Source: Deltaproteobacteria bacterium (GTDB lineage: Bacteria; Desulfobacterota; Dissulfuribacteria; Dissulfuribacterales; UBA3076). Taken from it: a stretch of 64,000 nucleotides of DNA. The stretch lies in assembly GCA_003194485.1 (NCBI GenBank), contig PQXD01000003.1, forward strand, positions 33,067-97,066, given 5' to 3'. Made by a program: the position numbers and the translations under genes. Within the stretch, counting starts at the first letter, position 1; every line of letters begins with the position of its first letter. Shown here piece by piece: positions 41,719 to 51,226 of the stretch. The notes beneath the pieces are model-generated. The model worked only from the letters and a program-made list of their open reading frames with translations, was not told the DNA's origin and did not search any database.

Positions 41719-42942
41719 TCAGCCCTTTTCAAGAACCGATATGTGCCGCCTCATCCACCACAGGATTATCAGTCCCGGGAGAGCCGCCAAGGTGGTGACG
41801 AAAAAGAACTGCGCCCATCCCAACCATTTAACTACAAATCCTGACGGCGGGCCCACAAAGATCCTCCCCAAAGAGGCAAGGGCTGAGAACATGGCATACT
41901 GGCTTGCGGTAAAACGATGGTTGCAGAGTGCCATAAGAAAGGCCACAAAGGCTGCTGTACCCATACCCCCGGATAGATTTTCAAAACCGACTGCAGCAAT
42001 CATTGCACAGTAGCTCTTGCCGATCCAGGCAAGCAGCATGAAGGAAAGATTGGATACCGCCTGCAACACCCCGAAAAACATGAGCGCACCAAAGAGTCCG
42101 ATCTTTGTCATCAGCCCTCCCCCCAACAAGGCACCGCCAATAGTAGCAACGAGACCAAACCCCTTGTTTATAGTCCCTACGTCAGTAGGACTGAAACCGA
42201 TCCCGCGGATGAGAAAAGCGGTAGTCAAGGTACCGGCAAAGGCATCCCCGAGCTTGTAAAGTACAATAAGTACCAGCATGGAAATGGCTGCAGTCCTTGA
42301 AAAGAATTCCTTTAAGGGGCCGGAAATAGCTTCAGGTATGCTCCCGGGCGGGGAAGGCGCAAGCCTCGGCTCAGGGCCGGCAAGAGTTGCAAAGATTCCC
42401 AATGACATAATGCCTGCCATTAAAATATACGTGTTTTGCCAGCCTATGCGATCTGACAGGATAAGGGCCAAGGCGCCGGATACCAGCATGGCAATTCTGT
42501 AGCCGGTAACTGACAGTGCAGCGCCAAGACCCCGCTCTTTCTCCTCCAGCACATCAGTCCGATAGGCATCGATTACGATATCCTGGGACGCAGAACTAAA
42601 GGCGACCGTCAGGGCAAGGCAGGCCATAAGGAAAGGAGTGCTTGACGGGGAGACAAAGGCCATGGCGGATATCCCTGAAACCAGGATCACCTGAATGGGC
42701 AATATCCAGCCCCTGCGTCTTCCCAGCCAAGGAAGAGAAAAGCGGTCCATGACAGGGGACCAGAAAAACTTTAATGCGTATGGAATGCCCGCAAGGGAAA
42801 AAAGGCCGATAGTGCGGATGTCAACACCATCCATTGCAAGCCAGGCCTGTAATGTGCCGCCCGTAAGGGCCAAAGGGAGCCCTGAAGCAAACCCCATGGG
42901 CAACATGACTGCCAGCCGCCTGGAGGCAAGGAACCGGATCAA
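41719..42942 (-). CDS. ampG: AmpG-family muropeptide MFS permease
   Basis: MFS topology with the AmpG-like N-terminus MLPMGFASGLPLALTGGTLQAWL...YALKFFWSPVMDRF. Confidence 0.75.
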   Translation of the reverse strand: MIRFLASRRLAVMLPMGFASGLPLALTGGTLQAWLAMDGVDIRTIGLFSLAGIPYALKFFWSPVMDRFSLPWLGRRRGWILPIQVILVSGISAMAFVSPSSTPFLMACLALTVAFSSASQDIVIDAYRTDVLEEKERGLGAALSVTGYRIAMLVSGALALILSDRIGWQNTYILMAGIMSLGIFATLAGPEPRLAPSPPGSIPEAISGPLKEFFSRTAAISMLVLIVLYKLGDAFAGTLTTAFLIRGIGFSPTDVGTINKGFGLVATIGGALLGGGLMTKIGLFGALMFFGVLQAVSNLSFMLLAWIGKSYCAMIAAVGFENLSGGMGTAAFVAFLMALCNHRFTASQYAMFSALASLGRIFVGPPSGFVVKWLGWAQFFFVTTLAALPGLIILWWMRRHISVLEKG

Positions 42943-42961
42943 ATATCTGAGGCGCGAAATA

Positions 42962-43900
42962 CTACGTCATCTCCGACAACCTGACCAGCTTTTCGTAGTC
43001 GGCATTCACACGCTGCTGGATGTGGGCGATATGTTCTTCATCCAGATGGCGAAAGCGACGCTGGCCTTTCAGATATTCCTGAACGGGCTTGGGTTTTGTT
43101 ATCTTGCGGCTCATGATATAGCGTCCTTCGATAACTTCATACAGGGGGAAGACCCTTGTCTCCACGGCCAGCCTGGCAAACTCAATGGAACGCTCAGGCG
43201 CCGACCCCCAGCCAGTGGGGCAAGGTGAGTATATGTGTACGTAGGCAGGTCCTTTGACCAGGGCCGCCTTTTTTACCTTGTTCATGAGATCCAGGAAATA
43301 GGCGGGAGAAGCCGTAGCAACATAGGGGATGTTGTGGGCCACTGCTATTCCCGGTACGTTCTTTTTCCAGGTGACCTGGCCGAAGCTCTTTTCCCCTGGT
43401 GGGCTGGTGGTTGTCATGGCCCCGTATGGTGTGCAGCTGGAGCGCTGGACTCCAGTGTTCATGTACGCCTCATTATCTAAACATATATAAGTGAAGTCGT
43501 GGCCCCGCTCAAAAGCACCGGAGATCCAGCCAAGACCTATATCACTCGTTGCACCATCCCCTCCAATTGCCACTATGTCTATATGTCTTTTAGGGACCTT
43601 GCCCTTGCGTCTCAGGACCTTCAGGGCAGACTCTATTCCCGACGCCACGGATGCCGGGTTCTCAAAAGCAATGTGGATCCATGGCACTTTCCAGGCAGTC
43701 TGCGGATACGGAGTGGTAATGATCTCCATACAGCCCGTGGCCATACAGACAATAACATTTGGTCCCAGGGCCTTCATTGCCATCCTGAGGGCCAGGACCT
43801 CACCGCAGCCTTGACACGCCCTGTGGCCCGGTGCAAGCAGCTCTTCCTTGGGGAGATTTTTCGCCTTAAATCGTTTGAATTTTTCGAATTCAGGTATCAT
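42962..43900 (-). CDS. porB: 2-oxoacid (pyruvate):ferredoxin oxidoreductase beta subunit (TPP-binding)
   Basis: CQGCGE cluster-ligand motif and TPP motif IGGDGATSDIG. The start overlaps the porA stop. Confidence 0.85.
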   Translation of the reverse strand: MIPEFEKFKRFKAKNLPKEELLAPGHRACQGCGEVLALRMAMKALGPNVIVCMATGCMEIITTPYPQTAWKVPWIHIAFENPASVASGIESALKVLRRKGKVPKRHIDIVAIGGDGATSDIGLGWISGAFERGHDFTYICLDNEAYMNTGVQRSSCTPYGAMTTTSPPGEKSFGQVTWKKNVPGIAVAHNIPYVATASPAYFLDLMNKVKKAALVKGPAYVHIYSPCPTGWGSAPERSIEFARLAVETRVFPLYEVIEGRYIMSRKITKPKPVQEYLKGQRRFRHLDEEHIAHIQQRVNADYEKLVRLSEMT

Positions 43901-45081
43901 TTTTCACGCACTCCGATCACTTCATACAGTTCTTTTGGACGTTTCCTGGCAAATACCATGGACTTGTCTACCATTTCCTCGAACCGCTCAACTGTTACAT
44001 CCCGTCCGCCAAGCCCGGCAATGAAATTGAAAATCTTGGGGGCCCCGGGTACCTTGTAGAAAAGAGACCTGAGCTCAGCGCCCACCGGGCCGCAGATTGC
44101 GCCTGGGGGCAGGCAGCGGTCCACTACTGCCAGAATTTTTGCCTTTCCGGCAGCCTTCCGGAATTCCGGCCCTGGGAACGGACGCCACAGACGGATTCTT
44201 GCCAGCCCTGCCTTTTGCCCTTTATCCCGCATGGTATCTACCGCGGTCATGGCCGTCTCTGAAATGCTGCCCATTGTGACCAGCAAAACCTCGGCATCTT
44301 CAGAGCGGTAAGTCTCGATCGGATTATACTGACGCCCGAAAAGGTCGGCGAATTCCTTCCAGCCCTGGAGTATCACCCTCCTGGATGCCTTGAGGGCCTC
44401 GTTGTGCGCGACCTTTGCCTCTGAATATACCTCAGGAATACCTACAGGACCCATGGTGATGGGCCTTCTGGGATCCAGGCGGTAACGGGGCTTGAAGGGC
44501 GGAAGATACTGATCCACCTCCTCTTGGCTCAAGAGCTCTACAGCCTCGACAACGTGACTCAAGGTGAAGCCGTCAATGTTTACAATCACCGGCAGGGACA
44601 CGCGCCTGTCTTCAGCCACCCTGAAGGCATGAAGAGTCAGGTCAAAGGCCTCCTGGCCGTTTTCCGCAAAGGTCTGTATCCAGCCGATGTCCCTCTGGCT
44701 CATTATATCCTGGTGGTCGTTCCAGATACTTATGGGTGCAGACAATGCACGGTTCACTACAGCCATCACTATTGGAAACCTCATCGGACCGGGTATGAAG
44801 AGGATCTCGCTCATCAACAAGAGACCCTGGGAGCTGGTTGAGGTAAAGGTCCTGGCCCCGGCTGCTGAAGAACCGCAGCAACAGCTCATTGCTGCATGCT
44901 CAGATTCTACCGGGACGAATTCAGCATCTATTTCACCATTTGCTACTACTTCCGAAAGGTGTTCCACAATATGGGTCTGAGGGGTAATGGGATAGGCAGG
45001 GATCACATCTACATTCGCCAGCTTTACCGCCTCAGCTAATGCAATTGATACTTCAATTCCCACGCGTTTGGCCATGATCAT
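43897..45081 (-). CDS. porA: 2-oxoacid (pyruvate):ferredoxin oxidoreductase alpha subunit
   Basis: The ATG at 45081 overlaps the porD TGA (ATGA) and follows GGAGGAGGG. The N-terminus is MIMAKRVGIEVSIALAEAVKLANVDVIPAYPITPQT. Confidence 0.85.
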   Translation of the reverse strand: MIMAKRVGIEVSIALAEAVKLANVDVIPAYPITPQTHIVEHLSEVVANGEIDAEFVPVESEHAAMSCCCGSSAAGARTFTSTSSQGLLLMSEILFIPGPMRFPIVMAVVNRALSAPISIWNDHQDIMSQRDIGWIQTFAENGQEAFDLTLHAFRVAEDRRVSLPVIVNIDGFTLSHVVEAVELLSQEEVDQYLPPFKPRYRLDPRRPITMGPVGIPEVYSEAKVAHNEALKASRRVILQGWKEFADLFGRQYNPIETYRSEDAEVLLVTMGSISETAMTAVDTMRDKGQKAGLARIRLWRPFPGPEFRKAAGKAKILAVVDRCLPPGAICGPVGAELRSLFYKVPGAPKIFNFIAGLGGRDVTVERFEEMVDKSMVFARKRPKELYEVIGVREK

Positions 45082-45371
45082 CCCTCCTCCGGGACTATTG
45101 TTATGGCATCTTTGGGGCACTCGTGGGCGCAGATGCCGCAGCCTTTACAGTACTCCATGTTTACCTCAAAGAAGCCGTCTTCAGTTTGAGTGTAGGCCAT
45201 ATCAGGACAGTATATCCAGCACATACCACACTTGATGCACTTTTCTCTGTCAATGACCGGCCTTTGAGACCGCCAGTCGCCCGTCCTGAATCTGGCCGAA
45301 CTGCCCGGCTCCATCACGTGACACCCAAAGGTTATTGTCTTCCAGCCTACAATGGCATCGGTATCGGCCAT
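45078..45371 (-). CDS. porD: 2-oxoacid:ferredoxin oxidoreductase delta subunit (2x[4Fe-4S] ferredoxin)
   Basis: Two cysteine motifs, CIKCGMCWIYCP and CKGCGICAHECP. Confidence 0.88.
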   Translation of the reverse strand: MADTDAIVGWKTITFGCHVMEPGSSARFRTGDWRSQRPVIDREKCIKCGMCWIYCPDMAYTQTEDGFFEVNMEYCKGCGICAHECPKDAITIVPEEG

Positions 45372-45445
45372 TTTGTCACTCCTTCGCTATATCTTAAAGG
45401 TATTATGGGGTTGGTAATATCTTTGGCCTTTTCCATTCACATAAA

Positions 45446-45994
45446 TCATCCAGTGACTACCGTCTCTTCAAAGGCCCTGTGCATGGCAGCCTTGTTTTTC
45501 TCTGAAAGCCGTCCAAACCGGCGATCCAATGCGTCTTCCAAGGCCTCTGTCCCGACAATACCGGTAGCCTTTAACAGAGCTCCAAGCATCGTAGTATTGG
45601 TTATGGGCAGTCCCAGGACTTCTCTGGCTATGGTATTGGCATCTACCATGGCAAGCCTGCTATCCAGGCCAAAGGTCTCCCTGATCTCAGGCTCCTTCAT
45701 GCGGGTATTAAGGATGACGATCCCGTCTTCATGCAGCCCCTCTGAGACCTTTACCAAAGAGGGGAGTGCTGAGTCCAGGACTATCACTATGTCCGGACGG
45801 TAAACTTTTTCCCTTGTCCGTATAGGGGAATCACTTACCCTTACAAAAGCCGTAACAGGGGCACCCCTCCTTTCCGGGCCGAAGCTGGGAAAGGCTTGTG
45901 CGTACTTTCCCTCGTCTATGCCTGCAGTTGCCACGAGCTCAGCCGAGGTAACAGCTCCCTGCCCGCCGCGGCCGTGAAGTCTGACTTCTTTCAT
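45446..45994 (-). CDS. porG: 2-oxoacid:ferredoxin oxidoreductase gamma subunit
   Basis: MKEVRLHGRGGQGAVT N-terminus typical of POR/KOR gamma subunits. It is the first gene of the porGDAB order. Confidence 0.85.
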   Translation of the reverse strand: MKEVRLHGRGGQGAVTSAELVATAGIDEGKYAQAFPSFGPERRGAPVTAFVRVSDSPIRTREKVYRPDIVIVLDSALPSLVKVSEGLHEDGIVILNTRMKEPEIRETFGLDSRLAMVDANTIAREVLGLPITNTTMLGALLKATGIVGTEALEDALDRRFGRLSEKNKAAMHRAFEETVVTG

Positions 45995-46093
45995 TAGCTA
46001 AATCTCCCAGTTATGTATTCCGGATATGACGAAGTAGGGCCTATAAAAAAGAAAAAATTTTACGTAAGTGGTTGGTAAAATCCTTCAGATAGT

Positions 46094-46123
46094 TTGTTAA
46101 CACGTTGGTTTTTGCCTTGTCAA
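46094..46123 (-). promoter_or_regulatory. possible por operon promoter
   Basis: The minus strand has TTGACA (46123-46118), an 18-nt spacer, then TAACAA (46099-46094). Confidence 0.3.
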
Positions 46124-46145
46124 GGCCCTGATTTATGAGCCGGGG

Positions 46146-48053
46146 CTAATTTTGACCCTCAAGGGTATTCAATTTCTTATTAAGCCGGCAGAGAACTGTG
46201 CGGACCTGTCTGGATCCTCCGCCCAACGCCTCGGCCTGTCGTCCGAGCTTTACTGCTGTTTCCCGGTCATGTGTCTCTTCAAGGTAGCCAAGGGCCAGAA
46301 GTGCCATGGACTCCGAATCTTCATGGTTATTTTTTATGGCCTGCTGCCAGGCCGTCTTGGCGTCCTGCCATCGATTAAGGATCCTGTAAGCCTTGCCGAG
46401 TATTCGGAAGATGGCCCCTGGTACCGGTTGGCCAGGTTTGTCTACAAAAGGACTGAGAACATCCAGGGCCTCTTTTGCCCGGTTTGATTCAATGAGCACT
46501 TCGGCCATACGGCCTGCCAAGCGCAGATCGCCCGGTTTCAGTGCATAGGCCCTTTTCAGGGCCTTTTCAGCGCTTCCGAGATCTCCTCTCTGGAAATAGA
46601 TGCCACCAAGGTTATAAAGGGCCATAAAATTTTCAGGAGCGGAATTTACGGCCCTGGAAAAGGCATCAATGGCCTCCTTCGTCCTTCCCAGTTCTGCAAG
46701 ACAAACTCCCAGGCTATTAAGCAGATTGGTGTTTGAGGGCTCGATCTTGAGACCACGCCTGTAGCTCCTGCAGGCACCTGGCAGATCTCCCCAGGAAAGG
46801 ATTTCGTCTCCCCTGACGTTCCAGGTCAAGCTGTCATGGATGGCCACTGAACCGTTCCCCAACATATCCGCATGCATAAAGGCCCACAGGGCCGCCACCG
46901 GTGCCCGAGATGGACCTGCTGCAGGCTGATAGCTGGCAGCAATGCCTATGGTTGATGGCGTACTCTGGGCAGCAGTGCATAGTCTCTGTATCTCATTACC
47001 CCACCGGATCAGGTCAGGTTCCCGGCTCTTTTTGCCAAATTTTCTGATCAAAAAGGCATTATCCCTTCCCCCCGAAATAAATACTCCATCCGGTCCCAAG
47101 ACATCTTTAAGATCATGGGGTGCAGGTCTAACATAAGCAACGGCACATTTTGAGCTGCCCTTGACGGCCTTTTTTACCTGATCAAGCCTTGATCTGAGCC
47201 CTTCAAGACCCAGTCGGTCTTCAAGAGCTTTTAAATCACTTGTGCAAAAAATTGCAGTACCCAGTTCCTCAGCCAACCTTTCAAGACCGTGGATATCCTC
47301 CCTTACCTGACTGATATCAAAAGGCTCTGAGACAAAGTGACCATAAGCTTTCGATATCAGTATCCTCATTGTCCGGGCCTTTGAAATCAACCGCCCGAGG
47401 CCGAAAGAGAGTTTTTTTTCGTCTGCCCCGGGCAGAAGTATCCAGAACTCCCCTGGATTTCCCCCCAGCCATTCAGGATCAGAATGTCTCCAGAGCATCG
47501 AGCACAGTTCAATCACACTTTCAGGACTGCAGTAATCGGCATTTGCACGGGGCCTTTGCAAGAGATGCAGCAAGGAGGCTGAAGACTTCTCTTTTTTATA
47601 AATAGCTTCCAAAGTAAGACTTACATATGGAGGAATTTCCCCTGGCCTTGAAAAAGAGGACTTCAATCGCAGGATCTCGAGTCTATTTTCTACCCAGGAC
47701 TGCAGAACAGGAAGCCACCTTTCAGCTTCTTCCGGTCCGATGGAGTTTTCTACTCTAAATAACACCAGAGTGCCGAGGGTAGTTTGTTGCTTGGTGGTGG
47801 CTGATCGGTCTCTTATGGGGATCAGGACCTGCTGTCCTATCCGGTCCCAAAACCCCTTTAATTCAGACAGGGCCTGAGAGGCCCTCTGTCTCTGGCGCTC
47901 TGAAAGTTTGGCTGGCGGAAGGCCGTCAACATGGTCAGAAATGGGGCAGAATATCCATTCTGAAAAGGAAAAAATTTCACCAAGCAATTTAATGACCCGG
48001 TCACCCAGCCGTTCAAGGTCTGCTGGGACCAGGCGAAATACAGGATCAGTCAT
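46146..48053 (-). CDS. TPR-repeat protein with an unrecognised N-terminal domain of about 400 aa
   Basis: The C-terminal part of about 230 aa holds several 34-aa TPR units (e.g. ALYNLGGIYFQRGDLGSAEKALKRAYALKP). The N-terminal part matches nothing I can name. Confidence 0.6.
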   Translation of the reverse strand: MTDPVFRLVPADLERLGDRVIKLLGEIFSFSEWIFCPISDHVDGLPPAKLSERQRQRASQALSELKGFWDRIGQQVLIPIRDRSATTKQQTTLGTLVLFRVENSIGPEEAERWLPVLQSWVENRLEILRLKSSFSRPGEIPPYVSLTLEAIYKKEKSSASLLHLLQRPRANADYCSPESVIELCSMLWRHSDPEWLGGNPGEFWILLPGADEKKLSFGLGRLISKARTMRILISKAYGHFVSEPFDISQVREDIHGLERLAEELGTAIFCTSDLKALEDRLGLEGLRSRLDQVKKAVKGSSKCAVAYVRPAPHDLKDVLGPDGVFISGGRDNAFLIRKFGKKSREPDLIRWGNEIQRLCTAAQSTPSTIGIAASYQPAAGPSRAPVAALWAFMHADMLGNGSVAIHDSLTWNVRGDEILSWGDLPGACRSYRRGLKIEPSNTNLLNSLGVCLAELGRTKEAIDAFSRAVNSAPENFMALYNLGGIYFQRGDLGSAEKALKRAYALKPGDLRLAGRMAEVLIESNRAKEALDVLSPFVDKPGQPVPGAIFRILGKAYRILNRWQDAKTAWQQAIKNNHEDSESMALLALGYLEETHDRETAVKLGRQAEALGGGSRQVRTVLCRLNKKLNTLEGQN

Positions 48054-48076
48054 TTGTTAATATTATCCAAACTAAG

Positions 48077-48285
48077 CAATTAGCTATTAGCGGTTAGCTA
48101 TTAGCTATTAGCTATTAGCTTAATGATTACGGAATATTTTGCTATTACAAACTTTCACCCTGTTGAATGCAGCTTCGCTGCCCCCTTTGGGGATTCAACA
48201 GGGTGAACCCATTGGGTATTTCCTGTTTAACGTAATGCCCTGATTTTTCAAAGCTAAATGCTAATGACTAACAGCTAATCGCTCA
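48077..48285. repeat. nested palindromic intergenic element flanked by inverted TAGCTAT-type heptamer arrays
   Basis: The left array is AATTAGCTATTAGCGGTTAGCTATTAGCTATTAGCTATTAGC and the right array is AGCTAAATGCTAATGACTAACAGCTAATCGC. The central perfect 14-bp stem is TCACCCTGTTGAAT (48155-48168) / ATTCAACAGGGTGA (48193-48206). Confidence 0.8.
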
Positions 48286-48309
48286 ACTTAAGTATTATTC
48301 ACTGGGTAA

Positions 48310-49725
48310 CTATTTACTCAGCCTTGCATGGGCCGAGGCCACTGCCTGTGCAATAATCCCGTAGTCTTCTTCCTGAACCGTCCTGATGTCCATAAGCACA
48401 CGGTCTTCTTCGATCCTCACGATCACAGGCGGTTCGTTTTTGCGCAGCTCGGCCTCGATGCGCGCAGCAGAAAACGCCTTGTTTTCCGGAGCAAGGGCTA
48501 CGGCCATTGACTTAAGCTGCTGCAGAGGCAAAGCACCACCCCCGACACGGGAAATGGTCTCTACTGTATTTATCGATATGCCGGTGAGTTTCAAGGCCCT
48601 TAGTCGCCTTTGCAGCCGTCTTGCACGGGATTTCAGCTCATCACGGGAAAGGCACAACATGTTGAGCGTGGGAATGACCCTAACCGCCCGCTCCGGATCC
48701 TGATAGAGTCTCAGGACCCCTTCCAGGGCCACAAGGGTGAGCTTGTCTATCCGGACCGCCCTGTTCATGGGGTTTTCCTTTATCCGGTCAACAAATTCCT
48801 TTTTCCCGATAATGATCCCTGCCTGTGGTCCGCCCAGGAGTTTATCACCACTGAAGCTCACCAGGTCCGCCCCGGCAGCCAGCGCCTCCTGGACCGTGGG
48901 CTCATGCATTATTCCATATCTTGAGAAGTCTATGAAGTTGCCGCTGCCCAGGTCTTCAAATACCGGGATGCCGTATCTTCCACCAAGTTCAGCCAGATCT
49001 GAGACGGATACGGCCATGGTAAAGCCTACCATCTGAAAGTTGCTCTGATGGACTTTGAGGAGAAGTGCGGTCTGTTCCCCTATGGCAGACTCATAGTCCC
49101 TCAAATGGGTGCGGTTTGTGGTCCCGACCTCCCTCAGGACGGCCCCGCTTTTTGTCATCACGTCAGGAATGCGGAAGGAACCGCCTATTTCCACCAGTTC
49201 ACCCCTGGAGACGATTACCTCTCTGCCCCCGGCCAGGGTTTCCAGTGTGATGAGGACTGCGGCGGCGTTGTTGTTCACTATAAGGGCCGACTCCGCCCCG
49301 GTAAGTCCACAGAGCAATTCTTCTACGTGGCTGTATCTGCTTCCCCTCATCCCTTTTTCCAGGTTATACTCCAAATTTGAGTACCGGCCTGCTACATCAA
49401 GCAAGGCCTGAGAGATCTCTTTCGGGAGAAGTGAACGTCCGAGATTTGTATGTATCACTACGCCTGTGGCGTTGACTACCGGCCTTAAGGAGGGCCTGAG
49501 CAAGGATGTCACACGCATTTCGATCTGTTTTTTTATGTTTTTATATTTTACTGATTCGGGATCAGGTTCCTGTGAGGACAGGATATATGAGCGCAGACTG
49601 TCAAGGACGTCTCTGCAGGCATTTACCTTGACCATTCGAGGAACTTTATTGGATAATGTCTGTATCAGTTCGTCAACCTTGGGAAGCTTCCTTAAGAGTT
49701 CTTGCTGAGATTGAGAATAACCCAT
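48310..49725 (-). CDS. selA: L-seryl-tRNA(Sec) selenium transferase
   Basis: LLRKLPKVDELI N-terminus, VVNATGVVIHTNLGRS, and the PLP-lysine region SFSGDKLLGGPQAG. The ATG at 49725 gives the MGYSQSQQELL start. Confidence 0.9.
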   Translation of the reverse strand: MGYSQSQQELLRKLPKVDELIQTLSNKVPRMVKVNACRDVLDSLRSYILSSQEPDPESVKYKNIKKQIEMRVTSLLRPSLRPVVNATGVVIHTNLGRSLLPKEISQALLDVAGRYSNLEYNLEKGMRGSRYSHVEELLCGLTGAESALIVNNNAAAVLITLETLAGGREVIVSRGELVEIGGSFRIPDVMTKSGAVLREVGTTNRTHLRDYESAIGEQTALLLKVHQSNFQMVGFTMAVSVSDLAELGGRYGIPVFEDLGSGNFIDFSRYGIMHEPTVQEALAAGADLVSFSGDKLLGGPQAGIIIGKKEFVDRIKENPMNRAVRIDKLTLVALEGVLRLYQDPERAVRVIPTLNMLCLSRDELKSRARRLQRRLRALKLTGISINTVETISRVGGGALPLQQLKSMAVALAPENKAFSAARIEAELRKNEPPVIVRIEEDRVLMDIRTVQEEDYGIIAQAVASAHARLSK

Positions 49726-50197
49726 GTTGCGTCTCTCTTTAATCTGGATTGATAAGACCAGGGATGCCTGGCTCAAGGCCGGCATCGAGCATTATATAGA
49801 AAAGATCGAGCATTACATTCGTGTGCAGGTCCTCCAGGTCCGGGGTGTAGGCTTTGCCCGGAATATGAGGCCTGACGAGGTCATGAAGCGCGAGGCCAAA
49901 TCCATTACAAAGGTCCTGCCAAAAGGGGGTTTTACAGTCGCTCTGGACGTAAAGGGCCGGATGTTGGATTCCCCCGGACTCGCAGAGTTGCTGACAGATC
50001 TGGAGGCAAGAGGGATTAAAGACATGGCCATGGTGATAGGCGGGGCTTCGGGGCTTGCACCGGAAATAATCAAGAGGGCGGATGAGAGCTTGTCTCTCTC
50101 CCCGATGACCTTTACACACGACATGGCAAGACTAATCCTGGTTGAGCAGATCTACAGGGCCTGCACCATCAATGCCGGCGAGCCCTATCACCATTGA
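49724..50197 (+). CDS. rlmH: 23S rRNA (pseudouridine1915-N3)-methyltransferase RlmH
   Basis: SPOUT-family RlmH pattern (IWIDKTRDAWLKAGIEHY..., VIGGASGLAPEI, SLSPMTFTH). Confidence 0.88.
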   Translation: MLRLSLIWIDKTRDAWLKAGIEHYIEKIEHYIRVQVLQVRGVGFARNMRPDEVMKREAKSITKVLPKGGFTVALDVKGRMLDSPGLAELLTDLEARGIKDMAMVIGGASGLAPEIIKRADESLSLSPMTFTHDMARLILVEQIYRACTINAGEPYHH

Positions 50198-50231
50198 AAG
50201 ATGAACGTCCAAATTGAAAGATGAACGTCCA

Positions 50232-50369
50232 ACATCGAACATCGAACGTCCAACATCGAATGAAAAACAAACATCCAATACCGAACACACAACAGCTATT
50301 TCCGTTTCTTCATCTTTTCCCATTCAAAATTCGATGTTGGACGTTCGATGTTCGATGTCCATTTTTTTT
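50232..50369 (+). terminator. long hairpin plus T8 downstream of rlmH
   Basis: ACATCGAACATCGAACGTCCAACATCGAAT (50232-50261) is the exact reverse complement of 50329-50358. A run of eight T follows at 50362-50369. Confidence 0.5.
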
Positions 50370-50412
50370 AAACCTTGAACCCTGAACCTTTGAACCCATG
50401 CCTATAATTCAT

Positions 50413-50637
50413 TCATGCCTCCACTACAGAGGTTACCTCGGGGATTTCACTCTTAAGATATCTCTCAATCCCTGACTTGAGTGTTATCTGGCTCAGGGCA
50501 CAGCCCTTGCAGGCTCCGGTGAGAGTGACCCTGACTATCCCGCTTTTTTCATCTACTTCCACCAGTTTTACATCCCCGCCGTCCCGCTGCAACATAGGGC
50601 GCACCTTGTCCAGTGCTTTTTGTACTCTGTCTTTCAT
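50413..50637 (-). CDS. NifU-like (Nfu C-terminal domain) Fe-S cluster carrier, 74 aa
   Basis: [28 protein letters not shown]...[11 protein letters not shown] carries the CxxC Nfu motif. The track ORF start at 50721 would overlap pyrE. Confidence 0.8.
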   Translation of the reverse strand: MKDRVQKALDKVRPMLQRDGGDVKLVEVDEKSGIVRVTLTGACKGCALSQITLKSGIERYLKSEIPEVTSVVEA

Positions 50638-50656
50638 GATCTGTATTATTCTCCTT

Positions 50657-51226
50657 TTATTTTTCAGCCAGTGCCAGGATATCCCCACGCGTAAACAGCG
50701 CTGAAAGTTCATATCCGGCATTGCTCAGGGCCTTTCTTCCACCTTCCTCTCGATCAACAACAGTGAGTATCCGGGCCACTTCGTAACCTTCCTCCCTCGT
50801 CCTCTCAATTGCCTTTATGAGGGTTCCGCCAGTGGTAACCACGTCTTCGACAAGGGCCACCTTGCTACCAGGGGAAATGTTGGATTTTCCTTCTATCCAG
50901 GACCCGGTACCATGTCCTTTTGCTTCTTTTCGGATAATAAAGGCAGGGATGGGTCTCCCTTCAATAAAGCTCACCACGGAGACTGCTGTGACCAGCGGAT
51001 CGGCCCCCAGGGTCATTCCACCGACCCCTGAAATGCCTATGCCGGACTGCAGAATGCAATTGTACAGCAGCTTGCCGCATAGATATGCCCCCTCTGCAGA
51101 GAGCGTGGTCTGCTTGCAGTCTATGTAGAAGTCGCTCTTTTTCCCGGAGGTCAACCTGAAGGTCCCTTCTCTGTATGAGAGTTCAAATATCATCCGTCCG
51201 AGTCTTTCCCAGTCTTTCCGAATCAT
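50657..51226 (-). CDS. pyrE: orotate phosphoribosyltransferase
   Basis: [15 protein letters not shown] and the PRPP loop [13 protein letters not shown]. The start overlaps the purB stop by 4 nt. Confidence 0.9.
   Translation of the reverse strand: MIRKDWERLGRMIFELSYREGTFRLTSGKKSDFYIDCKQTTLSAEGAYLCGKLLYNCILQSGIGISGVGGMTLGADPLVTAVSVVSFIEGRPIPAFIIRKEAKGHGTGSWIEGKSNISPGSKVALVEDVVTTGGTLIKAIERTREEGYEVARILTVVDREEGGRKALSNAGYELSALFTRGDILALAEK

Noticed and set aside
48054-50412. tRNA-Sec (selC) or selB next to selA.
   Set aside because: No cloverleaf with a long acceptor stem and UCA anticodon is seen in the flanking spacers. The spacers are explained by repeat hairpins.
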